A DNA stretch of 64,000 nucleotides from Escherichia coli (GTDB lineage Bacteria > Pseudomonadota > Gammaproteobacteria > Enterobacterales > Enterobacteriaceae). Shown here one piece after another: positions 26,131 to 41,691 of this stretch. Each line of letters starts with the position of its first letter. The stretch's first letter is position 1. The notes beneath the pieces were generated by a model that did no database searches, was not told the DNA's origin, and worked only from the letters and a program-made list of their open reading frames with translations. The DNA lies in NCBI RefSeq assembly GCF_016026235.1, contig NZ_CP065613.1; one strand, 5' to 3'. The translations under genes and the position numbers were made by a program.

Positions 26131-26964
26131 CTAGCGTAAATGCACGCCGCTTCGCCGTCCGGCCACCAGAATAGCCTGCGATTCAACCCCTTCTTCGATC
26201 TGTTTTGCTACCCGTTGTAGTGCCGGAAGATGCTTTTCCGCTGCCTGTTCGATGGTCATTGCGCTCGCCATATACACCAGATTCAGACAGCCAATCACCC
26301 GTTGTTCACTGCGCAGCGGTACGGCGATAGAGGTGATCTTCTCCTCCTGATCCCAGCCGCGGTAGTTCTGTCCGTAACCCTCTTTGCGCGCGCGCGCCAG
26401 AATGGCTTCCAGCTTTAACGGTTCTCGTGCCAGTTGATAGTCATCACCGGGGCGGGAGGCTAACATCTCGATTAATTCCTTGCGTTCTTGTTCCGGGCAA
26501 AAGGCCAGCCAGGTCAGGCCCGAGGCGGTTTTCAGAAGCGGTAAACGTCGCCCGACCATTGCCCAGTGAAAGGATAAGCGGCTGAAACGGTGAGTGGTTT
26601 CGCGTACCACCATTGCATCAACATCCAGCGTGGACACATCTGTCGGCCATACTACTTCGCGCAACAGATCGCCCAGCAGTGGGGCCGCCAGTGCAGAAAT
26701 CCACTGTTCGTCACGAAATCCTTCGCTTAATTGCCGCACTTTGATGGTCAGACGAAAACTATCATCGGAGGGACTACGCCGGACATATCCCTCTTCCTGC
26801 AGCGTCTCCAGCAGTCGCCGCACAGTGGTGCGATGCAGGCCGCTGAGTTCCGCCAGCAGCCCGACGCTGGCACCGCCGTCAAGTTTATTTAACATATTTA
26901 ATAACATTAGACCGCGGGTTAAGCCGCGCACGGTTTTGTATTCCGTCTGCTCATTGTTCTGCAT
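26131..26964 (-). CDS. mhpR: IclR-family activator of the mhp operon (277 aa)
   Basis: IclR HTH and effector domain; start at MQNNEQTEYK; divergent from mhpA. Confidence 0.9.
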   Translation of the reverse strand: MQNNEQTEYKTVRGLTRGLMLLNMLNKLDGGASVGLLAELSGLHRTTVRRLLETLQEEGYVRRSPSDDSFRLTIKVRQLSEGFRDEQWISALAAPLLGDLLREVVWPTDVSTLDVDAMVVRETTHRFSRLSFHWAMVGRRLPLLKTASGLTWLAFCPEQERKELIEMLASRPGDDYQLAREPLKLEAILARARKEGYGQNYRGWDQEEKITSIAVPLRSEQRVIGCLNLVYMASAMTIEQAAEKHLPALQRVAKQIEEGVESQAILVAGRRSGVHLR

Positions 26965-26996
26965 ATTAATTGACATTTCTATAGTTAAAACAACGT

Positions 26997-27013
26997 TGTG
27001 CACCTAGTGCACA
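26997..27013. promoter_or_regulatory. Candidate MhpR operator palindrome in the mhpR-mhpA intergenic region
   Basis: tgtgcac-cta-gtgcaca inverted repeat. Confidence 0.5.
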
Positions 27014-27154
27014 TTCGGGCATGTTTTGATTGTAGCCGAAAACACCCTTCCTATACTGAGCGCACAATAAAAAATCATTTACATGTTTTTAACAAAATAA
27101 GTTGCGCTGTACTGTGCGCGCAACGGCATTTTGTCCGAGTCGTGAGGTACTGAA

Positions 27155-28819
27155 ATGGCAATACAACACCCTGACATCCAGCCTGCTGTTAACCATAGCG
27201 TTCAGGTGGCGATCGCTGGTACCGGTCCGGTCGGGCTGATGATGGCGAACTATCTCGGCCAGATGGGCATTGACGTGCTGGTGGTGGAGAAACTCGATAA
27301 GTTGATCGACTACCCGCGTGCGATTGGTATTGATGACGAGGCGCTGCGCACCATGCAGTCGGTCGGCCTGGTCGATGATGTTCTGCCGCACACTACGCCG
27401 TGGCACGCGATGCGTTTTCTCACCCCGAAAGGCCGCTGTTTTGCTGATATTCAGCCAATGACCGATGAATTTGGCTGGCCGCGCCGTAACGCCTTTATTC
27501 AGCCTCAGGTCGATGCGGTGATGCTGGAAGGGTTGTCGCGTTTTCCGAATGTGCGCTGCTTGTTTTCCCGCGAGCTGGAGGCCTTCAGCCAGCAAAATGA
27601 CGAAGTGACCTTGCACCTGAAAACGGCAGAAGGGCAGCGGGAAACGGTCAAAGCCCAGTGGCTGGTAGCCTGTGACGGTGGAGCAAGTTTTGTCCGTCGC
27701 ACTCTGAATGTGCCGTTTGAAGGTAAAACTGCGCCAAATCAGTGGATTGTGGTAGATATCGCCAACGATCCGTTAAGTACGCCGCATATCTATTTGTGTT
27801 GCGATCCGGTGCGCCCGTATGTTTCTGCCGCGCTGCCTCATGCGGTACGTCGCTTTGAATTTATGGTGATGCCGGGAGAAACCGAAGAGCAGCTGCGTGA
27901 GCCGCAAAATATGCGCAAGCTGTTAAGCAAAGTGCTGCCTAATCCGGACAATGTTGAATTGATTCGCCAGCGTGTCTACACCCATAACGCGCGACTGGCG
28001 CAACGTTTCCGTATTGATCGCGTACTGCTGGCGGGCGATGCCGCGCACATCATGCCGGTGTGGCAGGGGCAGGGCTATAACAGTGGTATGCGCGACGCCT
28101 TTAACCTCGCCTGGAAACTGGCGTTGGTTATCCAGGGGAAAGCCCGCGATGCGCTGCTCGATACCTATCAACAAGAACGTCGCGATCACGCCAAAGCGAT
28201 GATTGACCTGTCCGTGACGGCGGGCAACGTGCTGGCTCCGCCGAAACGCTGGCAGGGTACGTTACGTGACGGCGTTTCCTGGCTGTTGAATTATCTGCCG
28301 CCAGTAAAACGCTATTTCCTCGAAATGCGCTTCAAGCCGATGCCGCAATATTACGGCGGTGCGCTGGTGCGTGAGGGCGAAGCGAAGCACTCTCCGGTCG
28401 GCAAGATGTTTATTCAGCCGAAAGTCACGCTGGAAAACGGTGACGTGACGCTGCTCGATAACGCGATTGGCGCGAACTTCGCGGTAATTGGCTGGGGATG
28501 CAATCCACTGTGGGGGATGAGCGACGAGCAAATCCAGCAGTGGCGCGCGTTGGGCACACGCTTCATTCAGGTGGTGCCGGAAGTGCAAATTCATACCGCA
28601 CAGGATAACCACGACGGCGTGCTACGCGTGGGCGATACGCAAGGTCGTCTGCGTAGCTGGTTCGCGCAACACAATGCTTCGCTGGTGGTGATGCGCCCGG
28701 ATCGCTTTGTTGCCGCCACCGCCATTCCGCAAACCCTGGGCAAGACCCTGAATAAACTGGCGTCGGTGATGACGCTGACCCGCCCTGATGCCGACGTTTC
28801 TGTCGAAAAGGTAGCCTGA
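27155..28819 (+). CDS. mhpA: 3-(3-hydroxyphenyl)propionate hydroxylase (FAD monooxygenase), 554 aa
   Basis: FAD-binding GxGxxG ([14 protein letters not shown]); first gene of mhpABCDFE. Confidence 0.95.
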   Translation: MAIQHPDIQPAVNHSVQVAIAGTGPVGLMMANYLGQMGIDVLVVEKLDKLIDYPRAIGIDDEALRTMQSVGLVDDVLPHTTPWHAMRFLTPKGRCFADIQPMTDEFGWPRRNAFIQPQVDAVMLEGLSRFPNVRCLFSRELEAFSQQNDEVTLHLKTAEGQRETVKAQWLVACDGGASFVRRTLNVPFEGKTAPNQWIVVDIANDPLSTPHIYLCCDPVRPYVSAALPHAVRRFEFMVMPGETEEQLREPQNMRKLLSKVLPNPDNVELIRQRVYTHNARLAQRFRIDRVLLAGDAAHIMPVWQGQGYNSGMRDAFNLAWKLALVIQGKARDALLDTYQQERRDHAKAMIDLSVTAGNVLAPPKRWQGTLRDGVSWLLNYLPPVKRYFLEMRFKPMPQYYGGALVREGEAKHSPVGKMFIQPKVTLENGDVTLLDNAIGANFAVIGWGCNPLWGMSDEQIQQWRALGTRFIQVVPEVQIHTAQDNHDGVLRVGDTQGRLRSWFAQHNASLVVMRPDRFVAATAIPQTLGKTLNKLASVMTLTRPDADVSVEKVA

Positions 28820-28820
28820 T

Positions 28821-29765
28821 ATGCACGCTTATCTTCACTGTCTTTCCCACTCGCCGTTGGTGGGGTATGTCGACCCGGCGCAAGAGGTGCTCGATGAGGT
28901 CGATGGCGTGATTGCCAGCGCCCGCGAGCGTATTGCGGCTTTCTCCCCTGAACTGGTGGTGCTGTTTGCGCCAGATCACTACAACGGCTTTTTCTATGAC
29001 GTGATGCCACCGTTCTGTTTAGGCGTTGGAGCGACGGCAATTGGTGATTTCGGCAGTGCGGCAGGAGAGCTGCCCGTGCCTGTGGAGCTGGCGGAGGCCT
29101 GTGCGCATGCCGTCATGAAGAGCGGGATCGATCTTGCCGTTTCTTACTGTATGCAGGTGGACCACGGGTTCGCCCAGCCACTGGAGTTCCTGCTCGGCGG
29201 GCTGGATAAGGTGCCAGTTCTGCCTGTGTTCATCAACGGTGTCGCCACGCCGCTGCCCGGTTTCCAGCGTACCCGCATGTTGGGTGAAGCCATTGGACGT
29301 TTCACCAGCACTCTCAATAAACGCGTGCTGTTCCTGGGTTCCGGTGGGCTTTCCCATCAGCCGCCGGTGCCCGAACTGGCGAAAGCCGATGCCCATATGC
29401 GCGACCGTCTGTTGGGGAGCGGGAAAGATTTACCCGCCAGTGAGCGCGAATTGCGTCAGCAACGGGTGATTAGCGCCGCTGAGAAGTTTGTTGAGGATCA
29501 GAGAACTCTGCATCCGCTCAACCCGATTTGGGATAACCAGTTCATGACTTTGCTGGAGCAGGGACGCATACAGGAACTGGATGCCGTCAGTAACGAAGAG
29601 CTTTCCGCCATTGCCGGAAAGTCGACACATGAAATCAAAACCTGGGTCGCCGCTTTTGCCGCTATTTCTGCATTTGGCAACTGGCGTAGCGAAGGGCGTT
29701 ATTACCGCCCAATCCCGGAGTGGATTGCCGGATTTGGCTCGTTAAGCGCCAGAACAGAGAACTGA
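28821..29765 (+). CDS. mhpB: 2,3-dihydroxyphenylpropionate 1,2-dioxygenase (extradiol), 314 aa
   Basis: LigB-type extradiol dioxygenase sequence; operon position. Confidence 0.95.
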
Positions 29766-29782
29766 ATATGCAGGAGAAGATG

Positions 29783-30649
29783 ATGAGTTATCAGCCACAA
29801 ACCGAAGCCGCCACCAGCCGTTTTCTGAATGTAGAAGAAGCGGGTAAAACGCTGCGCATCCATTTTAATGACTGCGGACAAGGCGACGAAACCGTTGTCC
29901 TGCTGCATGGTTCCGGCCCGGGTGCTACTGGCTGGGCGAACTTCAGCCGCAATATCGATCCGCTGGTAGAGGCGGGCTATCGGGTGATCCTGCTGGATTG
30001 TCCGGGTTGGGGCAAGAGCGATTCGATCGTTAATAGTGGTTCGCGATCGGATCTTAATGCACGAATCCTGAAAAGCGTGGTGGATCAACTGGATATCGCC
30101 AAAATCCACCTGCTGGGCAACTCGATGGGGGGCCATAGTTCTGTGGCGTTCACCCTTAACTGGCCGGAGCGCGTCGGCAAACTGGTGCTGATGGGCGGCG
30201 GTACGGGCGGCATGAGTTTGTTTACGCCGATGCCAACCGAAGGTATTAAGCGACTGAATCAGCTTTATCGTCAGCCGACTATCGAAAACCTGAAGCTGAT
30301 GATGGATATCTTCGTTTTTGATACCAGCGATTTGACCGACGCCCTGTTTGAAGCGCGCCTGAATAATATGCTGTCGCGCCGCGATCACCTGGAAAATTTC
30401 GTTAAGAGCCTGGAAGCTAATCCGAAACAGTTCCCGGATTTTGGCCCACGTCTGGCGGAAATCAAAGCGCAAACCCTGATTGTCTGGGGGCGCAACGACC
30501 GCTTTGTGCCGATGGATGCGGGGCTGCGTCTACTGTCCGGCATTGCTGGTTCTGAACTGCATATCTTCCGCGACTGTGGTCACTGGGCGCAGTGGGAACA
30601 TGCCGACGCTTTCAATCAACTGGTGCTGAATTTCCTCGCACGTGCTTAA
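29783..30649 (+). CDS. mhpC: 2-hydroxy-6-ketonona-2,4-dienedioate hydrolase (alpha/beta hydrolase), 288 aa
   Basis: Nucleophile elbow GNSMGG; start taken at MSYQPQTE, with alternative in-frame starts upstream at 29768 and 29720. Confidence 0.88.
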
Positions 30650-32411
<1,762 letters not shown>

Positions 32412-32415
<4 letters not shown>

Positions 32416-33425
32416 ACGGTAAAAAACTTTATATCTCGGACGTCACATTGCGTGACGGTATGCACGCCATTCGTCATCAGTATTCGCTGGAAAACGTTCG
32501 CCAGATTGCCAAAGCACTGGACGATGCCCGCGTGGATTCGATTGAAGTGGCCCACGGCGACGGTTTGCAAGGTTCCAGCTTTAACTATGGTTTCGGCGCA
32601 CATAGCGACCTTGAATGGATTGAAGCGGCGGCGGATGTGGTGAAGCACGCCAAAATCGCGACGTTGTTGCTGCCAGGAATCGGCACTATTCACGATCTGA
32701 AAAATGCCTGGCAGGCTGGCGCGCGGGTGGTTCGTGTGGTAACGCACTGTACCGAAGCTGATGTTTCCGCCCAGCATATTCAGTATGCCCGCGAGCTCGG
32801 AATGGACACCGTTGGTTTTCTGATGATGAGCCATATGACCACGCCGGAGAATCTCGCCAAGCAGGCAAAGCTGATGGAAGGCTACGGTGCGACCTGTATT
32901 TATGTGGTGGATTCTGGCGGTGCGATGAACATGAGCGATATCCGTGACCGTTTCCGCGCCCTGAAAGCAGTGTTGAAACCAGAAACGCAAACCGGCATGC
33001 ACGCTCACCATAACCTGAGTCTTGGCGTGGCGAACTCTATCGCGGCGGTGGAAGAGGGCTGCGACCGAATCGACGCCAGCCTCGCGGGAATGGGCGCGGG
33101 CGCAGGTAACGCACCGCTGGAAGTGTTTATTGCCGCCGCGGATAAACTGGGCTGGCAGCATGGGACCGATCTCTATGCGTTAATGGATGCCGCCGACGAC
33201 CTGGTGCGTCCGTTGCAGGATCGTCCGGTACGAGTCGATCGCGAAACGCTGGCGCTGGGATACGCTGGTGTTTACTCGAGCTTCCTGCGTCACTGTGAAA
33301 CGGCGGCGGCGCATTATGGCTTAAGTGCGGTGGATATTCTCGTTGAGCTGGGCAAACGCCGGATGGTTGGCGGCCAGGAGGATATGATCGTCGACGTGGC
33401 GCTGGATCTGCGCAACAACAAATAA
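32412..33425 (+). CDS. mhpE: 4-hydroxy-2-oxovalerate aldolase, 337 aa
   Basis: HMGL-like TIM-barrel aldolase; 4-nt overlap with mhpF. Confidence 0.95.
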
Positions 33426-33470
33426 TGATGACTGCCGATAACGTGCATTTTGTATGCCCATCCCAGCACG

Positions 33471-33920
<450 letters not shown>

Positions 33921-34004
33921 GTAGGCAGTCATTAAATGGTTCTGATTACGCGGCTGGCAATGTATCAGTCGCGATTCACCTGCACTCGCAACGAGGTTCA
34001 TCTT

Positions 34005-35216
34005 ATGTCGACTCGTACCCCTTCATCATCTTCATCCCGCCTGATGCTGACCATCGGGCTTTGTTTTTTGGTCGCTCTGATGGAAGGGCTGGATCTTCAG
34101 GCGGCTGGCATTGCGGCGGGTGGCATCGCCCAGGCTTTCGCACTCGATAAAATGCAAATGGGCTGGATATTCAGCGCCGGAATACTCGGTTTGCTACCCG
34201 GCGCGTTGGTTGGCGGAATGCTGGCGGACCGTTATGGTCGCAAGCGCATTTTGATTGGCTCAGTTGCGCTGTTTGGTTTGTTCTCGCTGGCAACGGCGAT
34301 TGCCTGGGATTTCCCCTCACTGGTCTTTGCGCGGCTGATGACCGGTGTCGGGCTGGGGGCGGCGTTGCTGAATCTTATCGCCCTGACGTCTGAAGCCGCG
34401 GGTCCACGTTTTCGTGGGACGGCAGTGAGCCTGATGTATTGCGGTGTTCCCATTGGCGCGGCGCTGGCGGCGACACTGGGTTTCGCGGGGGCAAACTTAG
34501 CATGGCAAACGGTGTTTTGGGTAGGTGGTGTGGTGCCGTTGATTCTGGTGCCGCTATTAATGCGCTGGCTGCCGGAGTCGGCGGTTTTCGCTGGCGAAAA
34601 ACAGGCTGCGCCACCACTGCGTGCGTTATTTGCGCCAGAAACGGCAACCGCGACGCTGCTGCTGTGGTTGTGTTATTTCTTCACTCTGCTGGTGGTCTAC
34701 ATGTTGATCAACTGGCTACCGCTGCTTTTGGTGGAGCAAGGATTCCAGCCATCGCAGGCGGCAGGGGTGATGTTTGCACTGCAAATGGGTGCGGCGAGCG
34801 GGACGTTAATGTTGGGCGCATTGATGGATAAGCTGCGTCCAGTAACCATGTCGCTACTGATTTATAGCGGCATGTTAGCTTCGCTGCTGGCGCTGGGAAC
34901 GGTGTCGTCATTTAACGGTATGTTGCTGGCGGGATTTGTCGCGGGGTTGTTTGCGACAGGTGGGCAAAGCGTTTTGTATGCCCTGGCACCGTTGTTTTAC
35001 AGTTCGCAGATCCGCGCAACAGGTGTGGGAACAGCCGTGGCGGTAGGGCGTCTGGGGGCTATGAGCGGTCCGTTACTGGCCGGGAAAATGCTGGCATTAG
35101 GCACTGGCACGGTCGGCGTAATGGCCGCTTCTGCACCGGGTATTCTTGTTGCTGGGTTGGCGGTGTTTATTTTGATGAGTCGGAGATCAAGAATGCAGCC
35201 GTGTGCCGATGCCTGA
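34005..35216 (+). CDS. mhpT: MFS transporter for 3-hydroxyphenylpropionate, 403 aa
   Basis: 12-TM MFS; start at MSTRTPSSSSSRLML (the ORF-track start at 33936 lies inside the REP array). Confidence 0.85.
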   Translation: MSTRTPSSSSSRLMLTIGLCFLVALMEGLDLQAAGIAAGGIAQAFALDKMQMGWIFSAGILGLLPGALVGGMLADRYGRKRILIGSVALFGLFSLATAIAWDFPSLVFARLMTGVGLGAALLNLIALTSEAAGPRFRGTAVSLMYCGVPIGAALAATLGFAGANLAWQTVFWVGGVVPLILVPLLMRWLPESAVFAGEKQAAPPLRALFAPETATATLLLWLCYFFTLLVVYMLINWLPLLLVEQGFQPSQAAGVMFALQMGAASGTLMLGALMDKLRPVTMSLLIYSGMLASLLALGTVSSFNGMLLAGFVAGLFATGGQSVLYALAPLFYSSQIRATGVGTAVAVGRLGAMSGPLLAGKMLALGTGTVGVMAASAPGILVAGLAVFILMSRRSRMQPCADA

Positions 35217-35317
35217 CGCGCCTTATTAAGCAGGGGCGAAAGGGACTTGCCCCCAATACACCCACGGCGTTTACAGGTATACTCGCTAAAAATTATTCAG
35301 CGGGTTTGGAAACAAAG

Positions 35318-35857
35318 ATGGCAAAACTTACCTTACAAGAGCAGTTGCTCAAAGCAGGATTAGTCACCAGCAAAAAAGCGGCGAAGGTCGAGAGAACGGC
35401 GAAAAAATCGCGTGTTCAGGCGCGTGAAGCTCGGGCGGCGGTAGAAGAAAATAAAAAGGCACAGCTTGAGCGTGATAAACAGCTTAGCGAACAGCAAAAA
35501 CAAGCGGCGTTGGCGAAAGAATATAAAGCTCAGGTGAAGCAGCTTATTGAAATGAACCGGATCACCATTGCCAATGGCGATATTGGTTTTAACTTCACTG
35601 ACGGCAATCTGATTAAGAAGATTTTTGTCGATAAGCTCACACAGGCGCAGTTGATTAATGGTCGTCTGGCGATTGCCCGCTTGTTGGTCGATAACAATAG
35701 CGAAGGTGAATACGCAATTATTCCCGCCAGCGTTGCCGATAAAATTGCTCAGCGTGATGCCAGCAGTATTGTGTTGCACAGCGCGCTCAGTGCCGAAGAG
35801 CAGGATGAAGACGACCCGTATGCCGACTTCAAAGTGCCTGATGATTTGATGTGGTAA
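35318..35857 (+). CDS. yaiL: DUF2058-family protein, 179 aa
   Basis: Start at MAKLTLQEQLL; lysine/glutamate-rich N-terminal region. Confidence 0.8.
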   Translation: MAKLTLQEQLLKAGLVTSKKAAKVERTAKKSRVQAREARAAVEENKKAQLERDKQLSEQQKQAALAKEYKAQVKQLIEMNRITIANGDIGFNFTDGNLIKKIFVDKLTQAQLINGRLAIARLLVDNNSEGEYAIIPASVADKIAQRDASSIVLHSALSAEEQDEDDPYADFKVPDDLMW

Positions 35858-35877
35858 ACATAGATAAGTCGTGCGCA

Positions 35878-35970
35878 GATGCCTGATGCGACGCTTACGC
35901 GTCTTATCATGCCTACGGCTCATGGGCGAAATGTAGGCCGGATAAGGCGTTCACGCCGCATCCGGCAGTT
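35878..35970. repeat. REP pair (BIME) between yaiL and frmB
   Basis: gcctgatgcgacgc...cttatcatgcctac and gtaggccggataaggcg...gcatccggc. Confidence 0.7.
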
Positions 35971-35981
35971 GTGCACTATTA

Positions 35982-36815
35982 TCAACGCATATTCAGTTTA
36001 TTGGCGTGGTAGGCAATATGCTCGCCAATAAAACTGGAGACAAAATAATAGCTGTGGTCGTAACCCTCGTGATAACGGATTAACGTCTTGATATTCATCT
36101 CCTGGCAGATCTTTTCAAGATTTGGAGTCCGCAGCTGTTCCGCGTAAAAATCATCACTCAACCCCTGATCAACCATGATTTCCGCAACGCGTTGACCTTG
36201 TGAAATAAGACTCACCGGGTCGTAATACAACCAGGCATCTTTATTTTCACCAAGATATGCAGCAAAGGCTTGCTGTCCCCACGGTACTTGCGATGGGGAG
36301 ACAATGGGCGAAAACGCCGAGACGCTGGCATATTCATCTGGGTTACGTAACGCCAGCACCAGCGCGCCCAGCCCGCCCATAGAATGACCAGAGATAGACT
36401 TTTTGGCCGTTGCCGGAAAATGATGCATCACTAAATCCGGCAGCTCGTTGCGGATATAGTCATACATTTTGTAATGTTCATTCCACGGCGCTTGCGTCGC
36501 GTTCAGGTAAAACCCGGCACCTTGCCCGAGATCGTAACGGTCGGCATCTGCGACATGACTGCCTCGCGGACTGGTGTCCGGCGCAACAACAATAATGTTG
36601 TGCTCAGCCGCGTAACGCTGCATCCCCGATTTAGTAATGAAATTCTGCTCGTTGCAGGTCAGGCCTGAAAGCCAGTACAGCACCGGCAATTTTTCATTCG
36701 CGGCTTTTGGTGGGAGATAGACGCCGACATTCATTTCACATTTCAGTGATGCGGAATAATGCCGATACACATTTTGCCAGCCGCCAAAGCTGGCATGTTT
36801 TTCAATGAGTTCCAT
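35982..36815 (-). CDS. frmB: S-formylglutathione hydrolase (esterase D family), 277 aa
   Basis: GHSMGG nucleophile elbow; last gene of frmRAB. Confidence 0.95.
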   Translation of the reverse strand: MELIEKHASFGGWQNVYRHYSASLKCEMNVGVYLPPKAANEKLPVLYWLSGLTCNEQNFITKSGMQRYAAEHNIIVVAPDTSPRGSHVADADRYDLGQGAGFYLNATQAPWNEHYKMYDYIRNELPDLVMHHFPATAKKSISGHSMGGLGALVLALRNPDEYASVSAFSPIVSPSQVPWGQQAFAAYLGENKDAWLYYDPVSLISQGQRVAEIMVDQGLSDDFYAEQLRTPNLEKICQEMNIKTLIRYHEGYDHSYYFVSSFIGEHIAYHANKLNMR

Positions 36816-36907
36816 CAGTCATTATCTCACGGTTAATCCCCCGGACGGCTGCCCGGGGAGAGTATTAAGAACCCCGTCTGAAGTGGACGGGGTAAACCAG
36901 CGGGAAA

Positions 36908-38047
<1,140 letters not shown>

Positions 38048-38051
38048 TCAG

Positions 38052-38327
38052 CTATTTAAGATAGGCACGAACCAGTTCAATAGTGTCGTCAACGGATTGG
38101 CTGACTTCGCGGCTGTAGCAGTCATTTCGGTCAAACGTTTCCCGGATATGGCTTTCAAGCACTTCTGCCATCAGCCCATTAGCCGCGCCCCGAACGGCAG
38201 CGATCTGTTGGAGTATGGCACGGCATTCGGCATCACCCTCCAGCGACCGTTCCAGAGCATCAATCTGCCCTCGAATACGACGAACTCGAGTAAGGACCTT
38301 TTTCTTCTCTTCCGGAGTACTGGGCAT
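38052..38327 (-). CDS. frmR: Formaldehyde-responsive repressor (CsoR/RcnR family), 91 aa
   Basis: Start at [10 protein letters not shown]; small all-helical repressor. Confidence 0.9.
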
Positions 38328-38353
38328 TTCGCACCTCATCATCTGCACGCAAT

Positions 38354-38402
38354 ATACTATAGGGGGGTATGCTATATGTCAATACATACCCCCCTATAGT
38401 AT
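38354..38402. promoter_or_regulatory. Candidate FrmR operator: two perfect 17-bp inverted repeats with G6/C6 tracts
   Basis: ATACTATAGGGGGGTAT at 38354-38370 and ATACCCCCCTATAGTAT at 38386-38402, immediately upstream of frmR. Confidence 0.7.
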
Positions 38403-38445
38403 ATAACACTGGAGAATAATTGTTGTCCGAAGCCTAACCAGGTGA

Positions 38446-38473
38446 ACGGTCCCTCAAGACAGATGGGGACCGT
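38446..38473. other. Hairpin acggtccc/gggaccgt immediately downstream of afuC; possible transcriptional insulator between the afu cluster and the frmR promoter
   Basis: 8-bp stem with 12-nt loop; no clear U-tract on the afu strand. Confidence 0.3.
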
Positions 38474-38486
38474 TTATGTGCTATTT

Positions 38487-39533
38487 TTATGCCGCATCCG
38501 CTAAAACAAACATCCCGTAAGGATGGATTTCGAGGTAATAGTGCTCACCAATATCGGGCTGTAAACGGGTGGCGTTTACTTGTAATAAAATCTCCTGTCC
38601 ATGCCACTCTACGGTCACTTCGTACTGCGGCCCCATGTAGGCGACATGGCGAATAACACAACGCTGACTCTCTTCGCCGTGATTGCTTAAGGTGATGGCT
38701 TCCGGGCGAACGCCGACGGTGCCGCTACCTTGCGCCGGGAAATGCGCCGCGCGCGGCAGGCGATAACCGTAGATATCGACATACTCTTCGCTAAAGTTCG
38801 CCGGGAACAGGTTGGCGTCGCCCATAAAACTTGCCATAAAGCGGGAGGCTGGCTGACGATAGAGCTCCTGCGGTGAGCCAATCTGCATGATGTGACCTTT
38901 ATTCATCACCAGCACAGTGTCGGACACCGCGAAAGCTTCACTTTGATCGTGAGTGACGTAGAGCGACGTGATATTAAACTGCTTTTGCAGCTCGCGGATC
39001 TTATCGCGCATACTGCGGCGCAGGTTGGCATCGAGGTTACTTAACGGCTCATCAAACAGCAGCACCTTTGGCTTGAGGATCAACGCGCGGGCCAGTGCCA
39101 CTCGCTGTTGCTGACCACCGGAAATCTGATCGACATAGCGGTCCTCGAAGCCTTCCAGATCCACCATTGCCAGCGCCTCCTTCACCCGCTGTTTCACTTC
39201 GCTACGCGAGACGCCAAGCATCTTCAGCCCGTAGCCAACGTTTTCACCCAGCGACATATGCGGGAACAGAGCGTATGACTGAAACACCATGCAGATATCG
39301 CGCTGTTGAATGGAACGATGCGTGACATCTTCGCCATCAATAAAAATTTGCCCTTCGCTCGGTTTTTCCAGCCCGGCAACCAGACGCAAAATGGTGGTTT
39401 TGCCACAGCCGGAAGGACCGAGCAGCGTCACCATTTGCCCTTGTGGAATGGTGAGATTGATATTGTCGATAACCGTATTACTGCCGAATCGTTTAGTGAC
39501 GTTGCGCAGTTCAACAAAATTTTTCTGACTCAT
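38487..39533 (-). CDS. afuC: ABC transporter ATP-binding subunit (AfuC/FbpC-type), about 348 aa
   Basis: Walker [13 protein letters not shown] signature [12 protein letters not shown], Walker B LLFDEP; start at MSQKNF, with an alternative ATG at 39545 overlapping the afuB stop. Confidence 0.85.
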   Translation of the reverse strand: MSQKNFVELRNVTKRFGSNTVIDNINLTIPQGQMVTLLGPSGCGKTTILRLVAGLEKPSEGQIFIDGEDVTHRSIQQRDICMVFQSYALFPHMSLGENVGYGLKMLGVSRSEVKQRVKEALAMVDLEGFEDRYVDQISGGQQQRVALARALILKPKVLLFDEPLSNLDANLRRSMRDKIRELQKQFNITSLYVTHDQSEAFAVSDTVLVMNKGHIMQIGSPQELYRQPASRFMASFMGDANLFPANFSEEYVDIYGYRLPRAAHFPAQGSGTVGVRPEAITLSNHGEESQRCVIRHVAYMGPQYEVTVEWHGQEILLQVNATRLQPDIGEHYYLEIHPYGMFVLADAA

Positions 39534-39544
39534 ATTGCGCTCCA

Positions 39545-41623
39545 TTACGCCTGGTTTTTGGCTTTAGAACGGGAGATACGAGCTTCTCCGATCAGCCAGT
39601 CAAAGAGGAAAATAATCGCCAGCATCACCACGATCAGAATCGAACCATAGGCGATGGCTACGCCATATTCGCCGTCTTCAACGCGGTTAAGAATGTAGGC
39701 GGTTGCCACGCGGGTGTCCGGCGTGACGAGAAAGACGATGGCGCTGACCGTCGTGATGGCCCGCACAAAGCTGTAGATCAGGGCCGAGAGAATGGCCGGA
39801 CGCAGCAGCGGCAGTAAAATGTGGGTTATGGTTCGCAAGGAACCCGCGCGCAGGCTGAGTGAGGCTTCATCCAGCGATTTGTCGATCTGCCCCAGACCCG
39901 CAATCCCGGCGCGAATACCCACCGGAACGTTACGCATCACCATCGAGATAATCACAATTGCCGCCGTTCCGGTGAGATAAACCGGAGCGCTGTTAAAGGC
40001 AAGAATATACGAAACGCCCGCCACCGTACCCGGTACGGCAAAGCACAGCATGGTGGTGAACTCGATGGTCTTTTTGCCTTTGAATTGTTGACGCACCACC
40101 ACCCAGGCGATGAGCAGGCCAAAGATAGCGGTAATGGGAGCGGCAATCCCGGCGTAGAGCAGGGTATCCAGCAGTGAAGGCCACGCGCCGTCGCTCATTC
40201 CCTGACCAAATAGCTTGATAAAGTTATCCAGCGTCAGGGTGTAGTCCACGCCCCAGTTCACCGTGAAGCTGCCGTAGAAAATGCTGCCGTAGAGCAGGGC
40301 GTTAAAGGCAATCCATATCGCAAGTATGGCGACCACGCTCCACACCAGGGTGACCGGTAGCGGCTGGACGTCGCCACGGTAGGATTTGCCGGAAACCGTG
40401 ACGTAAGAGCGTTTACCAATCCACATATACTGGATGCAGAACACCAGCAGCGAGAACAGCAGCAGGAAAGCGCCAAGGGTGCTGGCGGCCTGATAATCCA
40501 GCTGCGAGCCGGTAATATAGAAGTAAATTTGCGTCGCCAGTACGTCGAAGTTACCGCCAAGTACCAGCGGGTTACTGAAATCAGCCAGTGACTGTACCAC
40601 GACGATTAAAAAGGCATTGGCGAGTGCGGGCTTCAACAACGGCACAAACACGCCGTTAAAGGTTTGCCAGCGGCTGGCGCGCAGGGTGTAGGAGGCCTCT
40701 TCCAGCGAGGGATGAATGGTTTTAATGGCCCCGTCGAGGATCATAAATGCCATTGGCGTGAATGCCAGAACCTGTGCCAGCCAGATCCCGGTAAAACCGT
40801 ACAGCCAGTTGGTGTTGGTCAGCCCAAACCACTCCACCATAAATTCCGTAACATAGCCGGAGCGCCCCATCATGAGCGTCACGCCTAAGCCGACCACAAA
40901 CGGTGGCGTAACGATGGGCAAAATGGAAAAGATGCGACCAATAATGGCGCTGCGTTTAGCGATGCGCGTGGTATAAATCGCCAGCACCAGGCCGAAGAAA
41001 GTACAGCCTATCCCCACCGCTATCGACAAGACGATAGAGTTGACGATCACCTGAACAATATGTGCCTGCGAGAGCACGGTCATAAACGCCAGCGGGGCGA
41101 ACTCTCCCGCGTCGTTGGTGAACATCGGGATAAAAATGGCGATGCTCGGCCAGACGATAAAAATGCCAATCAGCGCCACAATCGCAATCAGTGAGCCGAT
41201 CACGAAGCGGTCGCCACCCAGCCATTCGAGGCGGGTTAAGGCCAGCGTCATAATCGCGCCTAGTTCGACAAACAGCACGATGGCGGCGTAGCCTAAACCG
41301 CGTCCAACCACGGTGGCGCTGATGACGATAAACGCCATACAGAGCAATGCCCAGCCGGCATCGAAATAATGACGGCTACGTTGTTCGCGCGTGGCCTCAC
41401 TAAACGGGCGGACCAGCAACAGGCTCGGGAGTAAATACCACAGCCAGCTGATATTAAAATGCGACCAGCCGTACGCCCCGAGGATCTCATCACTCGTGGA
41501 CTCCAGCAGGCCATAATCGAGGCTCCAGCTCGGCAACAGTATAAATGCCAGCCAGCCCAGCAAAACCCAAAGGAAAATCGCATCCCGCTTTTTCACGGGA
41601 TGGAGTGCAAGTGTCTGTGACAT
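39545..41623 (-). CDS. afuB: ABC transporter permease, fused two-domain type (AfuB/FbpB-like), 692 aa
   Basis: 692-aa polytopic membrane protein with duplicated permease domains; lies between afuA and afuC. Confidence 0.85.
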   Translation of the reverse strand: MSQTLALHPVKKRDAIFLWVLLGWLAFILLPSWSLDYGLLESTSDEILGAYGWSHFNISWLWYLLPSLLLVRPFSEATREQRSRHYFDAGWALLCMAFIVISATVVGRGLGYAAIVLFVELGAIMTLALTRLEWLGGDRFVIGSLIAIVALIGIFIVWPSIAIFIPMFTNDAGEFAPLAFMTVLSQAHIVQVIVNSIVLSIAVGIGCTFFGLVLAIYTTRIAKRSAIIGRIFSILPIVTPPFVVGLGVTLMMGRSGYVTEFMVEWFGLTNTNWLYGFTGIWLAQVLAFTPMAFMILDGAIKTIHPSLEEASYTLRASRWQTFNGVFVPLLKPALANAFLIVVVQSLADFSNPLVLGGNFDVLATQIYFYITGSQLDYQAASTLGAFLLLFSLLVFCIQYMWIGKRSYVTVSGKSYRGDVQPLPVTLVWSVVAILAIWIAFNALLYGSIFYGSFTVNWGVDYTLTLDNFIKLFGQGMSDGAWPSLLDTLLYAGIAAPITAIFGLLIAWVVVRQQFKGKKTIEFTTMLCFAVPGTVAGVSYILAFNSAPVYLTGTAAIVIISMVMRNVPVGIRAGIAGLGQIDKSLDEASLSLRAGSLRTITHILLPLLRPAILSALIYSFVRAITTVSAIVFLVTPDTRVATAYILNRVEDGEYGVAIAYGSILIVVMLAIIFLFDWLIGEARISRSKAKNQA

Positions 41624-41691
41624 AGCAGTTCCGGTATGGTTGGCCGGGGCAGGCGTTTGTGCTGCACCCGGAAAATACGCCTAATGCGGGT

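Noticed and set aside
29702-30472. 256-aa ORF antisense to mhpC
   Set aside because: Same reasoning; shadow ORF of a high-confidence gene.
33936-34004. N-terminal extension of mhpT
   Set aside because: The upstream in-frame ATG lies at the edge of the BIME array; the start with a plausible signal is at 34005.
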